Shown one piece after another: positions 48,972-57,752 of a DNA stretch of 64,000 nt. Positions within the stretch are counted from its first letter, which is position 1. Each line of letters begins with the position of its first letter. A program made the position numbers and the translations under genes. Under the pieces are notes generated by a model. That model saw only the letters and a program-made list of their open reading frames with translations, was not told where the DNA came from and did not search any database. This stretch comes from Candidatus Yanofskybacteria bacterium RIFCSPHIGHO2_01_FULL_44_24 (GTDB taxonomy: Bacteria; Patescibacteriota; Minisyncoccia; 2-02-FULL-40-12; GWA2-44-9). The stretch is taken from positions 3,310 to 67,309 of the forward strand of contig MGJK01000002.1 of the NCBI GenBank assembly GCA_001794215.1. Reading direction: 5' to 3'.

Positions 48972-50072
48972 TTGGGGCAAGCGATCTCAAGACTTTCCAT
49001 ACATAGGCGCAGAACCAGAAACCTCGTCAAGAGTGAAGCTTTCGGAGTCTTTTCTTTCATAGTGATTATATTTGTCTTGTTTGCTTTTAAAATGGATAAC
49101 GGCGACAACAAAGCGAGTTTATTCAGTAATCTCTTGAAGGGCTATATAGAAGAAACATCGGCTTACATAGAAACAAACGGAAACCAACTTGCCGATATAG
49201 GAAGCCTTCTTGCTTTTAATTCGCAGGCTCCTTATGAAGAAGACTATGGAAGCGATATATTAGATTACAATATTGGCGATCAGTCGTTAAGCGCTTATAA
49301 TCCTGCCGAGGCTAACTACATCGAAGTGGGAAGATTCATAAGCAATCGAGTCTCTGAATACGCAGTTCAGCAGGGCGATTTACTGTCCTTTATAGCTTCC
49401 GACTATGGAGTCAGTATTAATTCCATTATCTGGGCTAATAACCTTAGAAATTCCGACAGTATCTCTCCCGGTCAGGTGCTTAAAATACCCCCGGTTTCAG
49501 GGGTAATTCATCAGATAAAATCAGGCGATACCATTGCTTCAATTGCTAAAAAATATAATGCTAACGAGGGGAGGATCATAGAATTTAACGGCTTATCCAA
49601 AAATGCTGAAATTAGCATAGGGGAACAGATTATCGTTCCTGACGGCGAGATCAAGTCAATGATTAAGGCTGGTACGACTATTGCTTCAGCCAACAAACCC
49701 TTTGCTTATTTAGCGAATCTCGGTGACTACTTTATGCTTCCGACCAACGGATACAACTGGGGAAGGATACATGGAAGAAACGGCGTGGATATTGCCAATT
49801 CTCGCGGTACTCCGATATATGCAGCAGCCGAAGGTTCCGTGGCAATTTCAGACGGGGTTGGTTATAACGGCGGTTTCGGACAATACATTAAGATAATTCA
49901 TCCAAATGGCACGGAGACCCTGTACGCCCATGGTTCGAAACTCTTAGTTTCAGCTGGTGATTATGTTCAGAGGGGCCAGCTGATAATGCTGATGGGCTCT
50001 ACCGGTCGGTCTACCGGGAACCATCTCCACTTTGAAGTCCATGGAGCCCGCAATCCATTAGCTAAGTACTAA
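48972..50072 (+). CDS. LysM-LysM-M23 peptidoglycan hydrolase, membrane-anchored
   Basis: TM anchor, two LysM repeats (…QQGDLLSFIASDYGVSINSIIWANNL…; …IKSGDTIASIAKKYNAN…), and a C-terminal M23 domain (GVDIANSRGTPIYAAAEG…GNHLHFEV). The start is uncertain (TTG at 48972). Confidence 0.8.
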   Translation: MGQAISRLSIHRRRTRNLVKSEAFGVFSFIVIIFVLFAFKMDNGDNKASLFSNLLKGYIEETSAYIETNGNQLADIGSLLAFNSQAPYEEDYGSDILDYNIGDQSLSAYNPAEANYIEVGRFISNRVSEYAVQQGDLLSFIASDYGVSINSIIWANNLRNSDSISPGQVLKIPPVSGVIHQIKSGDTIASIAKKYNANEGRIIEFNGLSKNAEISIGEQIIVPDGEIKSMIKAGTTIASANKPFAYLANLGDYFMLPTNGYNWGRIHGRNGVDIANSRGTPIYAAAEGSVAISDGVGYNGGFGQYIKIIHPNGTETLYAHGSKLLVSAGDYVQRGQLIMLMGSTGRSTGNHLHFEVHGARNPLAKY

Positions 50073-50097
50073 AAAACAGCCAAAAAGGCTGTTTTTT
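50072..50097. terminator. intrinsic terminator after LysM-M23 gene
   Basis: AAAAAACAGCC-AAAAA-GGCTGTTTTTT. Confidence 0.65.
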
Positions 50098-50108
50098 AGT
50101 TAATCTGC

Positions 50109-50128
50109 ATTGTTCCGCGCGGAACAAT
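50109..50128. promoter_or_regulatory. palindromic motif copy 2, perfect 20-bp palindrome ATTGTTCCGCGCGGAACAAT abutting a promoter
   Basis: Ends 2 nt before -35 TTGACT (50131-50136). 17-nt spacer, then -10 TAATTT (50154-50159). Followed by SD GGAGAAGGAGG and a TTG start at 50201. Confidence 0.5.
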
Positions 50129-50200
50129 CGTTGACTCAACTTCGAAAACCATCTAATTTAAGAAGGGCAAATTATACCACTGAGGAGAAGGAGGCTTCAG

Positions 50201-50512
50201 TTGAAGCAGGGGCGGAATTGGTTTGAGAGACAGGTTGAGGCCGTAGAAAAGGAGATCGATTCTATGCCTTCTTTTATGTTGAGGGGCGAGTTGCTATCAG
50301 AAAGAGCTGATAAAAATAGAGTAGAACGCATACAGGCTCTAATCACGTTCTTCGTCTCTTCTTACATGGAGGGCAGGGGTTGCATGACTGATTTTGATCG
50401 GGATCTTATCGAAACCCTGAACAATCTTAAGGCAAAATATAGGCAGAAACCGGCTGTTTGCCGGTTTTTGTTATCAAAATGTTCCGCGCGGAACATTAGG
50501 CCAAGTCACTGA
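50201..50512 (+). CDS. hypothetical protein (103 aa), TTG start with strong SD
   Basis: GGAGAAGGAGG lies 7 nt upstream of TTG. No family recognised. Confidence 0.5.
   Translation: MKQGRNWFERQVEAVEKEIDSMPSFMLRGELLSERADKNRVERIQALITFFVSSYMEGRGCMTDFDRDLIETLNNLKAKYRQKPAVCRFLLSKCSARNIRPSH
50478..50497. promoter_or_regulatory. palindromic motif copy 3, perfect 20-bp palindrome AATGTTCCGCGCGGAACATT at the convergent gene junction
   Basis: Overlaps the last codons of ORF 50201..50512 and the comM stop. Confidence 0.4.
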
Positions 50513-52040
50513 ACATCTTCTCGTTCAGCCGAAGACTTAGGGCTTCAGCAATATGGGTTTCATCGATCAGCTCAGACCGTTCAAGATCCGCTACGGTGCG
50601 GGCTAATTTTTTAATCTTATGGTAGGTTCTGAGCGATAACCCCTTGTTGTTTACGGCGGTTTTTAAAAGATTTTCTGCCGTTTTAGTAAGAAAACAGAAG
50701 GTATCTATGTTTTTGAAGTTTATCTCAGAATTAGTATAGATGTCACGGCCCTTAAATCGGGTCAACTGGACTTCCCTTGCTTTATCGATATTTTTTCTAA
50801 TTTCAGCCATTTTTTCCGGTTTTTGAGGCTCTGTCTTGGTTTCCATATCAATTGTTTCGCGCGGAACATTTACCTGTATGTCTATCCTGTCGAGCAGAGG
50901 TCCGGATATTTTTTTCCTGTATTTCAAGATGTTGAATGGGGGACACACACAAGCTGCCTTTTCGTTGCCAAAGTTTCCGCATGGGCATGGGTTCATTGCG
51001 GCTATTAGCATAAATTTGGCCGGTAGGACGGTTGATCCGGAGGCTCTTGAGATAGTTACCGTCCCGTCTTCCAGTGGCTGTCTGAGGCTTTCTAAGACGT
51101 CTCTCCTGAATTCAGGCAATTCATCAAGAAATAAAACTCCGCGATGAGCCAAGCTTATTTCTCCAGCCTTGGGGTAGCTTCCACCTCCGACAATAGCAAC
51201 GGACGATGTGGTATGGTGAGGGTTCCTGAAAGGCCTCTGGGCGGATAGGGGAGAGTTATTTATCAAGCCCACCGAACTGTATATCTTAGCCGTCTCTATT
51301 GCCTCATCAATAGACATATCTGGCATCAGGTCGATGGCGGCTTTTGCCAATATAGTCTTGCCGGAACCGGGCGGACCATACATGAGAATATTATGGAATC
51401 CGGCGGCGGCTATCGAGAGAGCTCTTTTAGCGAATTCTTGACCTTTTATGAGGGAAAAAACGTCAGCTTGGCGGCTGTTCGGCGAGTTTTCTAAGCTTAC
51501 TTTTTCTATCGGATCAATTATCGAAGTGCGGTTCAGGTGGCCTATTACTTCGCTTATATTCTGGGCTCCGATGACTTCGATACCTTGGATTATCGACGCT
51601 TCTTTTACATTGGAGGAGGGGAGTATTATCTCCTTTAACCCTAATTTATCGGCCAAAATAGCCATTGCTAAAGCTCCGTTTATTGGCTTCAAAGATCCAT
51701 CAAGAGACAGTTCACCGGCTAATAAAACTTTCGAAGAATCAAATTTAAGCTGGCCGGTTTCATAGAGATAACCTATCGCTACCGGCAAATCGTAGGACGG
51801 CCCCTCTTTTTTTAGATCAGCAGGTGCGAGGTTTATAATCAACCTCCTATTCTTAGAGTTCGGCGCCAATAAGCCGGCATTTTTTATAGCCGATCCGATA
51901 CGGTCTTTAGATTCTTGGACAGCCTTGTCGGGCAAACCGACAATGGTAAAAGAGTGAAGGCCGGGAGTCGAATCAACCTCAACTTCAATAAGCTGGGCGT
52001 CTATTCCGGTTATGGCTGCGGATAGGATTCTGACTGACAA
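50496..52040 (-). CDS. comM: Mg-chelatase-like AAA+ protein ComM/YifB
   Basis: N-terminal Lon-like domain, Walker A MYGPPGSGKT, Walker B VLFLDELPE, and a C-terminal Mg-chelatase ChlI-like region. Confidence 0.85.
   Translation of the reverse strand: MSVRILSAAITGIDAQLIEVEVDSTPGLHSFTIVGLPDKAVQESKDRIGSAIKNAGLLAPNSKNRRLIINLAPADLKKEGPSYDLPVAIGYLYETGQLKFDSSKVLLAGELSLDGSLKPINGALAMAILADKLGLKEIILPSSNVKEASIIQGIEVIGAQNISEVIGHLNRTSIIDPIEKVSLENSPNSRQADVFSLIKGQEFAKRALSIAAAGFHNILMYGPPGSGKTILAKAAIDLMPDMSIDEAIETAKIYSSVGLINNSPLSAQRPFRNPHHTTSSVAIVGGGSYPKAGEISLAHRGVLFLDELPEFRRDVLESLRQPLEDGTVTISRASGSTVLPAKFMLIAAMNPCPCGNFGNEKAACVCPPFNILKYRKKISGPLLDRIDIQVNVPRETIDMETKTEPQKPEKMAEIRKNIDKAREVQLTRFKGRDIYTNSEINFKNIDTFCFLTKTAENLLKTAVNNKGLSLRTYHKIKKLARTVADLERSELIDETHIAEALSLRLNEKMFSDLA
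50851..50870. repeat. palindromic motif copy 4 (ATTGTTTCGCGCGGAACATT, 2 mismatches) inside comM coding region
   Basis: Seen directly. Confidence 0.4.
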
Positions 52041-52079
52041 TTTTGGGCATCTCCCTCAAGATGCGTTTATTCAATATGA

Positions 52080-52442
52080 TTACCTTGGTTTTTGAGCACA
52101 ACTTATGCATAAAGATGCGACAGGCATTGCTTTCAGGCGGGCAACAGATATTTCTGAAGCGCAATTATCGCATTTTCCGTATTTTCCTGACTTTATTTTC
52201 TGCCTTGTGCTTGTTATTTCCTTTAATCTCCTTTCAAGGGCGTCAACAAGAGCTTGATCTCTATCCAAATCACCGGCCTCCTGGGCCGCATCTTCCTGAG
52301 ATTTTCCAAGGTCCTCAACTACCACGTCGAAATCACCCTTTACGAGGGGGTTTTCTTTGGCTATGCTCGATAGCTGATTTCTTATCACCTTTTCTTCTTG
52401 GGCAAGATCATCGTCGAGCTTTTTTAGTTCATCTTTGGTCAT
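52080..52442 (-). CDS. DksA/TraR-family C4 zinc-finger protein
   Basis: Coiled-coil N-terminus plus the C-terminal motif GKYGKCDNCASEI…ASLCISC. Confidence 0.7.
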   Translation of the reverse strand: MTKDELKKLDDDLAQEEKVIRNQLSSIAKENPLVKGDFDVVVEDLGKSQEDAAQEAGDLDRDQALVDALERRLKEITSTRQKIKSGKYGKCDNCASEISVARLKAMPVASLCISCAQKPR

Positions 52443-52523
52443 AATCTTTGGTAGAATTATTGCTCATTTAAAAGGAATAAGCAAGTATAGCACAAGGTAA
52501 TAAGGAGAAGCAAAAATCGGATT

Positions 52524-52576
52524 AATGATTCTCCCCGGCCTTATGACCGCGGTATTCGCTTAGGGGCTAATAAAAA
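52524..52576. other. short paralog of the 43.0 kb element (end blocks adjacent, no GC-rich insert)
   Basis: aatgattctccccggc + cttatga + ccgcggtattcgcttaggggctaataaaaa versus the 43001-43254 element. Confidence 0.5.
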
Positions 52577-52896
52577 GAAAAAAAGAAGGCCCGGATGCCC
52601 CTAAAACGCAAGTGCGTGATGTGTGGGCCCAGGCCTCAAGTGAAAAACTGTTCGCCAGCAGGTATAAGATTTTTATAACCGCTAGCCAAAGAGCTAACTT
52701 AATAATAGCGCGACCAGAAAATATGAGCAATCCATGTTCTGTTGATAAGTTGTCACCATGATTTCCGGATGTCACCAATGTTTGTCACCACCAAAAAATG
52801 GCTTAAAATCTGGGTTATTTCTGATTATAAAGCAAAAGAGCCGCTTCGGCTCGATACGGTAGTGACAGAAGATAACAGGTTGTTAACACTGTTATC

Positions 52897-54216
52897 TTAT
52901 TTCAATTTATCGATTATTGCATAAATTGCTTCTTTGGAGTTCGAAATGACAAGGTAGATTTTCTGGTTATTCGCCGCCATCATTGCATAGTCTATTGTTT
53001 TATCAGGAAACTGAAAATTTCTGTATCGAATATTGACTTCGCGATAAGTATTATTCATAAAGTTAGGACTGCTGGCCGATTTAGGATCGAGATTAAGAAG
53101 GTTGCCCATACCCTCGACCATTGTTGGTTCCCAAGATAAAAGAGCTGATGCGGCTTTAGTTTGGTCTTTTATTTCAGACAGGATAATAAGTTTTTTACCG
53201 GCCGGGCCGATTGTAGTTGGCTTACCGTCTGATCCAAAAGTTTCTTCCTGTCCGTACAGGAGAACGGCTGATTCTGCTCCGAGGGCTTCCTTGAAATTGG
53301 CGGGATAGTTTATGAAAAATCTGTCAAAAAGGCCTAAGACGCTATACCTTTGGCCACTGTCCATTTCTACTGCGGTTATTTTCTTAAACTGCCTCTTGTC
53401 TACATTCTGGCCTTGAATTGCGGCTGATAGCAAATCGCCCGGATTTCCGGTTTTAGGGAAATTGACGGTAATATCGGCCATACTGCCGAGAATATCATTC
53501 AGTCTTTTTATGGTCGTAGGGACGGGGCTTTGGCTGATTGTTGGACCGGGGGTCGGTTCGGGGGCGTATAAGTATAAGAAATAATAGCCGACCCCCCCCA
53601 TTGCTATCACGACAACCATAGCAATGCTGAGGATCATTTTATGAGCCGATCCCCAAGATATCATATTTCCAAGCAGGTTGCCTTTTTGAACGGGCGGCGC
53701 TTCTTTTTCAGGCAGTTTTGGTTCGGTAATCCCTCTTTCTGAAGGCTTTGGCGGGAGAGGAACATTCGAAAGAGAGTCCGGCGTTATTTTTGGCGGAACC
53801 GGCAGTTTTTCTATATTCAGGATTCTTCTTTCAATATCTGTGCCGTTGAGTTTCTGGCCGGTTTTAATACGCTCTAAATCGCCGGATAAAGTCCTGATAG
53901 TTGATTGATATTCTTGTATTTTCGGCCTTTCGAGGGTCTGTTTTTTCGGAAGGGGTGAAAGGGGAGGGAGCGTAACGCTTCTTGCCTCCGGGGGCACTCC
54001 CCTTGAAGTCAGCGGGGGCAGGTTGGTTTGGGGGAGTGGGGTGGGTGAAGGTGGCTGTTCCGGACGGGGTTTTGAGACCGGCAAGTTACCAAACGCAAGA
54101 GGCGGCAGTGGACCGACAGATCTCCCTTGGCCTTGAGCCGGAGCGGGAGTTTTTGATTCGATAAGATCCTTTACGAGATCGTCAAAGGTGGTGATTTTTG
54201 AATTCGAGTCTGGCAT
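52897..54216 (-). CDS. proline-rich membrane protein (439 aa)
   Basis: Pro-rich low-complexity N-terminal half, a single TM segment (ILSIAMVVVIAMGGVGYYFLYLY), and a C-terminal globular domain. Confidence 0.5.
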   Translation of the reverse strand: MPDSNSKITTFDDLVKDLIESKTPAPAQGQGRSVGPLPPLAFGNLPVSKPRPEQPPSPTPLPQTNLPPLTSRGVPPEARSVTLPPLSPLPKKQTLERPKIQEYQSTIRTLSGDLERIKTGQKLNGTDIERRILNIEKLPVPPKITPDSLSNVPLPPKPSERGITEPKLPEKEAPPVQKGNLLGNMISWGSAHKMILSIAMVVVIAMGGVGYYFLYLYAPEPTPGPTISQSPVPTTIKRLNDILGSMADITVNFPKTGNPGDLLSAAIQGQNVDKRQFKKITAVEMDSGQRYSVLGLFDRFFINYPANFKEALGAESAVLLYGQEETFGSDGKPTTIGPAGKKLIILSEIKDQTKAASALLSWEPTMVEGMGNLLNLDPKSASSPNFMNNTYREVNIRYRNFQFPDKTIDYAMMAANNQKIYLVISNSKEAIYAIIDKLK

Positions 54217-54282
54217 TAATTAGCTACCGGTGATCGGAGCCATAGTAACTAAGTTTATATGATAGAGACTAATCGTCGATCA

Positions 54283-56382
54283 CTATTTCTTCATTGTCAG
54301 GTTAATTCTACCATATTCATCGATGTTTTTCACTCTTATGTGAACGCTTTGGCCGAGCTTTAGAACGTCAGACGGGCGGCGGATTCTTTCACTGGAAATT
54401 TCTGAAACATGGACTAAACCTTCTCTTCCGGGGAGGTACTCAACCATTGCTCCGAACTCAAGAAGTCTGCTTACTTTTCCGTCGAATTCATCGCCGGGGT
54501 TTGCTTCATAAGTTAATTCCTCGATCATTTTGATAGCCTTGTCCATGCCGTCGGCCGAAACGCAGGTTATAAAGACTGATCCATCGTCTTCAATATCGAT
54601 TTGAGCTCCCGTTTCGTCAATAATTTTATTGATTGTTTCTCCGCCTTTTCCTATGACGGCCCCGATCTTCTCAGGATTTATTTTAAGAGTTTTAACCCGG
54701 GGAGCGAGAGGGGAGAGGTCGGGTCTTGGTTCGGATATCTTGGCGTCCATAGTTTCTAATATCTGAAGACGAGCCTGTTTTGCCTGAAGAAGCGCTTTTT
54801 CAAGAACTTCTTCGGTTATTCCCTCGACTTTCACATCCATTTGCATGGCGGTTATTCCGTCTTTCGTTCCGGCAACCTTGAAGTCCATATCTCCATGATG
54901 GTCTTCCGGTCCCTGTATGTCTGTCAGAATTTTGTATTTTTCTCCTTTTTGATCAAACATGACCCCCATTGCAATACCGGCCACCGCCGACTTTATGGGT
55001 ACCCCGCCATCCATCATTGCTAAACTCGAACCGCATACCGAAGCCATCGATGAAGATCCGTTCGAAGCCAATGTTTCAGAGACCATTCTTATCGTATAAG
55101 GAAATTCGTCTTTAGAAGGAATTACCGGCAGCAAAGCTCTTTCAGCTAAGGCACCATGACCGATATCTCTTCGGCCCGCACCGCCCATTCTCCCGGTCTC
55201 CCCGACGCTATAAGGCGGGAAAGAATAATGATGCATAAATCTCTTTTTAGTCAGATTGATCTCCATAGTCTCTATCCACTGTTCCATGCCCGGAGCGGCT
55301 AAAGTTAAGATCGACAAAACTTGAGTGGTTCCTCTTTGAAATAGCCCCGAACCGTGAGAGTGGGGGAGGACGTTTGTGTCTGCCGACAGATCCCGAAGTT
55401 CGTCAATTTTTCTGAAATCAGGCCTTTTCTCGGAGGCTAAAACGTTGCGATGAACTATGTCATTTATCTCCTCCTCGAATAAATGCTCAGCCTCCTTTAG
55501 TTTCTTATCCAAGCCGTCGGAATCTTTATATGCTTCTTTCAGGTGTTCCATCATTTCTTTCCGGGCTTTGGCTACGCCCTCTACGTATTCTTGCTTGATC
55601 TTGGTGTATATTGCTTTCTCGAGCCGAGGTTCGAGGAAGGTATCAACTGCTTTTTTCAAATCTTTATCTTCTTCGGCAAAAACCAATTGTCTTTTTACCG
55701 GTTTCATTTCGTTGACAATCTTTTTCTGAAGGTTGATTAATTTTTGAAATTCGTTAAATCCGGCAGCTATCGCCTCGGTGACATCCCTTTCCGGAGTGAT
55801 GGATGCGCCAGCTTCGATCATGTTGATTCTGTTCGATGTTCCGGCTACGACAATATCAAAATCTCCGGCCCCTCTCTCCTCGTAGGTCGGGTTGAATATT
55901 AATTTTCCATTGACTCGAGTGACTCTTGTGCTGGCTACGGGGCCGTTAAAAGGTATATCAGAGGTCATCAGTGCTAAGGAGGCTCCGAAAAGTGCCGGCA
56001 TATCTGGGTCGTTCTGGCCGTCAAAAGAAAGGACGGTTGCTACGATTTGCATGTCGTTTCTGATGCGATGGTCGAATCTCGGCCGGAGAGATCGATCGAT
56101 CAATCTGCCGCTCAAAATAGCTTCGTCCGACGGACGGCCTTCGCGCTTGATCCACTTGGAGCCTTTTATTTTCCCGGCGGCATAATATCTTTCCTCATAG
56201 TCAACAGAGAGGGGCATATAATCTATCCCGGCCCGGACAGAAGAGGACATTACGGCGGTAACTAAAACGGCAGTGTTTCCGTACTGCACATAGACTGATC
56301 CATTAGCCAGGTTGGCTAATCGGCCAAACTCAATAACTAACGGTTTTCCCGCGAATTCTTCGGTGTATCTTTTGATACCCAT
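54283..56382 (-). CDS. pnp: polyribonucleotide nucleotidyltransferase (PNPase)
   Basis: Two RNase PH domains, KH (…IGAVIGKGGETINKIID…) and S1 (…GDEFDGKVSRLLEFGAMVE…) domains. The start is set at the internal ATG giving a typical N-terminus. Confidence 0.9.
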   Translation of the reverse strand: MGIKRYTEEFAGKPLVIEFGRLANLANGSVYVQYGNTAVLVTAVMSSSVRAGIDYMPLSVDYEERYYAAGKIKGSKWIKREGRPSDEAILSGRLIDRSLRPRFDHRIRNDMQIVATVLSFDGQNDPDMPALFGASLALMTSDIPFNGPVASTRVTRVNGKLIFNPTYEERGAGDFDIVVAGTSNRINMIEAGASITPERDVTEAIAAGFNEFQKLINLQKKIVNEMKPVKRQLVFAEEDKDLKKAVDTFLEPRLEKAIYTKIKQEYVEGVAKARKEMMEHLKEAYKDSDGLDKKLKEAEHLFEEEINDIVHRNVLASEKRPDFRKIDELRDLSADTNVLPHSHGSGLFQRGTTQVLSILTLAAPGMEQWIETMEINLTKKRFMHHYSFPPYSVGETGRMGGAGRRDIGHGALAERALLPVIPSKDEFPYTIRMVSETLASNGSSSMASVCGSSLAMMDGGVPIKSAVAGIAMGVMFDQKGEKYKILTDIQGPEDHHGDMDFKVAGTKDGITAMQMDVKVEGITEEVLEKALLQAKQARLQILETMDAKISEPRPDLSPLAPRVKTLKINPEKIGAVIGKGGETINKIIDETGAQIDIEDDGSVFITCVSADGMDKAIKMIEELTYEANPGDEFDGKVSRLLEFGAMVEYLPGREGLVHVSEISSERIRRPSDVLKLGQSVHIRVKNIDEYGRINLTMKK

Positions 56383-56575
56383 TTGATGAGAACTAACAAA
56401 AGAGTGAGTGCAACGCTGGCCGCTTAACTCAATTACCGATTGAATCAAATGGCCAATATAGCCCCATTCTGCTTTGCCTGCCCGCCTAAATTTTTTCAAA
56501 TTTCGGAGGGTTCCCCGCCACTTTTGTTGTTAATTAGCTTGTATTTACTGACTATACAATATTATATAAAAAAGT

Positions 56576-57088
56576 CTACTTCAATAGCACCTTATCTTTT
56601 ACTTCCTCAAGGTCGGTAAAATTATGAGCGGCTTCGATGAGTCGGGCGCTGGTTGAACGGCCGAATCCGGCCACCTCCACCACTAATCCGTTGAATTTCA
56701 GATACTCAACCAATGGTTCGTAATCTCCGTCACCGGAAACCATTACTACGACATCGACAAGCTTGGAAAGAGTGATGGCGTCTATGGCGATAGCCACGTC
56801 CCAGTCACCCTTTTTCATGCCTCCCGGGAAAATTTGAAGATCTTTTGATTTCAGTTCGAATCCGGCTTTTTCTAAGGCTTCAAAAAAAGCCTTTTCTTCT
56901 TTGGTGTCGGACTTTATGACGTAGGCGATGGCTCTGACCAATTCCCGGTTGGCCGTGACTATCTTTAGCAATTCGCGGAAGTTCACCCGCGATTTATAAA
57001 GGTTTTTAGCCGAATGGTACATGTTCGAGACATCAACAAAAACACCTATTCGGTGGTTTTTTCTTTGAGGAACCGTGGATTTATTCAT
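56576..57088 (-). CDS. NYN-domain (LabA-like) protein
   Basis: IGVFVDVSNMYHS and VVMVSGDGDYEPL blocks of the NYN/LabA fold. Confidence 0.7.
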   Translation of the reverse strand: MNKSTVPQRKNHRIGVFVDVSNMYHSAKNLYKSRVNFRELLKIVTANRELVRAIAYVIKSDTKEEKAFFEALEKAGFELKSKDLQIFPGGMKKGDWDVAIAIDAITLSKLVDVVVMVSGDGDYEPLVEYLKFNGLVVEVAGFGRSTSARLIEAAHNFTDLEEVKDKVLLK

Positions 57089-57091
57089 AGA

Positions 57092-57358
57092 TTATTTATC
57101 CAAACCTAATTTCTTAACCAAAGAAGCATGCCTTTTGGGAGCTTCTCTTTTGAGGTAATCCAAGAGTCTTTTTCTCTTTGCAACCATCTTTAAAAGACCG
57201 ACTCTTGAACTGTTGTCTTTGCCGTGTTTCTTGAGGTGTTTTGCGAGCTTTTCTATCTCTTCGCTGAACAAGGCTATCTGAACCTCGGGAGATCCCGTGT
57301 CCTTGTCGTGGACGCGATGACCCTCCAATATCTTGAGTTTTTGCTGAGTGGTCAACAT
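57092..57358 (-). CDS. rpsO: 30S ribosomal protein S15
   Basis: MLTTQQKLKILEGHRVHDKDTGSPEVQIALFSEEIEKL… is highly conserved S15 sequence. 88 aa from the internal ATG. Confidence 0.9.
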   Translation of the reverse strand: MLTTQQKLKILEGHRVHDKDTGSPEVQIALFSEEIEKLAKHLKKHGKDNSSRVGLLKMVAKRKRLLDYLKREAPKRHASLVKKLGLDK

Positions 57359-57416
57359 AACTTTAGTATTGTAATACGAAATCAAAATTTTAGCAATAAA
57401 CCTGAGGAGGAGCGGG

Positions 57417-57450
57417 GAAAACAAAAAGCGGCCGAATTTGTCGCGCCGCT
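57417..57450 (-). terminator. intrinsic terminator upstream of rpsO (minus strand)
   Basis: Minus strand AGCGGC-12 nt-GCCGCT followed by TTTTTGTTTT. Confidence 0.45.
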
Positions 57451-57451
57451 G

Positions 57452-57646
57452 TTATGCTTGATAGCCGAACAATCTCCAAGTAGTTTCACTGTCGGGATGG
57501 CATTTTATCTGGTGTTCTTGGATCGATGTCCTCTTTACGTTCCGGTAACATGTAGGACATCTCAAGCAGCAAGATTTTTTGACCCTAAAACTATTTGTAT
57601 CGTTGTTCCCACACTTGCATTGATGGGTGCATCTCTTGTTCGGCAT
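57452..57646 (-). CDS. possible small Cys-rich protein (64 aa)
   Basis: ORF with 9 Cys (CTHQCKC…CCLRCPTC) sitting between two terminators. No family recognised. Low confidence. Confidence 0.2.
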   Translation of the reverse strand: MPNKRCTHQCKCGNNDTNSFRVKKSCCLRCPTCYRNVKRTSIQEHQIKCHPDSETTWRLFGYQA

Positions 57647-57676
57647 TTGCCACCCCTCCTCCCGAAAAGATAAACA

Positions 57677-57715
57677 AGACAATACACCATCTCTGGTGTA
57701 TTGTCAATCTTTTTT
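57677..57715. terminator. 12-bp perfect hairpin GACAATACACCA-TCTC-TGGTGTATTGTC with T-runs, downstream of the large surface protein gene
   Basis: Seen directly. Confidence 0.55.
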
Positions 57716-57752
57716 CCCGGCCATTAAGTCAAGGATCCTTATAATCTTATCC

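Noticed and set aside
48083-50870. The palindromic motif as a restriction-modification site cluster
   Set aside because: An R-M target would not be expected to cluster four times in 3 kb with promoter-adjacent placement. An operator or dispersed-repeat explanation fits better.
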